Shown in pieces: positions 63,863-64,000 of a stretch of DNA of 64,000 bases. The number at the start of each line of letters is the position of its first letter. The stretch's first letter is position 1. The notes below the pieces were generated by a model, which was given only the letters and a program-made list of their open reading frames with translations, was not told the origin of the DNA and made no database searches. The position numbers were made by a program, and so were the translations under genes. The stretch spans positions 124,001-188,000 of IMG/VR virus record IMGVR_UViG_3300035180_001778. One strand, 5' to 3'.

Positions 63863-63908
63863 GAGCCATCTCCATCACCGGGAGACGGCTCACAAGAGAA
63901 CTATGGTT

Positions 63909-64000
63909 TCAGCCCTCGAAAGCCTGGGGGAACTCCGAGAGAAGCATCTGCTTCATGTCGTCGCCCTCGGCTGCGAAGACGGCCTTGAGGACATCGTGAC
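63909..64000 (-). CDS. 3' end of a gene entering from the window end
   Basis: ...HDVLKAVFAAEGDDMKQMLLSEFPQAFEG*. Confidence 0.6.
   Translation of the reverse strand, partial: HDVLKAVFAAEGDDMKQMLLSEFPQAFEG

Noticed and set aside
1-64000. CRISPR array, integrase, rRNA, alternative genetic code or DGR
   Set aside because: None seen; genes are long and tightly packed under the standard code, and no reverse transcriptase or repeat-spacer pattern was found

Overview
A 64-kb, GC-rich segment of a large (jumbo-type) myovirus genome, with most genes on the minus strand. It holds virion morphogenesis genes: neck and head-tail proteins, a 1552-aa tail sheath, tail tube, tail chaperones, tape measure, tube-initiator paralogs, baseplate hub, gp5-like spike and a 2091-aa baseplate/fibre protein. 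These are interleaved with candidate internal-head proteins, an actin-like ATPase, a ferritin-like protein, a UvrD/PcrA helicase, three homing-endonuclease-like genes and an accessory island at about 24-38 kb. The most striking element is a 244-aa conserved protein gene (34063-34797) followed by an ORF-free ~430-nt putative ncRNA. This RNA has a candidate promoter and terminator and contains two tandem circularly permuted tRNA mimics (T-arm, closed acceptor stem, D-arm; no anticodon or CCA end) plus 6-nt-periodic CAG repeats that recur in the protein's own 5' leader. Other notable items are an Acb2/Tad1-like domain fused to two capsid-like fragments, further capsid-fragment-like mini-proteins, a GGTGTA-N10-ATG leaderless promoter motif, a 20-bp hairpin over a start codon, and recurring YDRR / RVAxRF / (K/R)xA peptide tags. 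Product calls come from motif recognition and gene order only; no searches were run.
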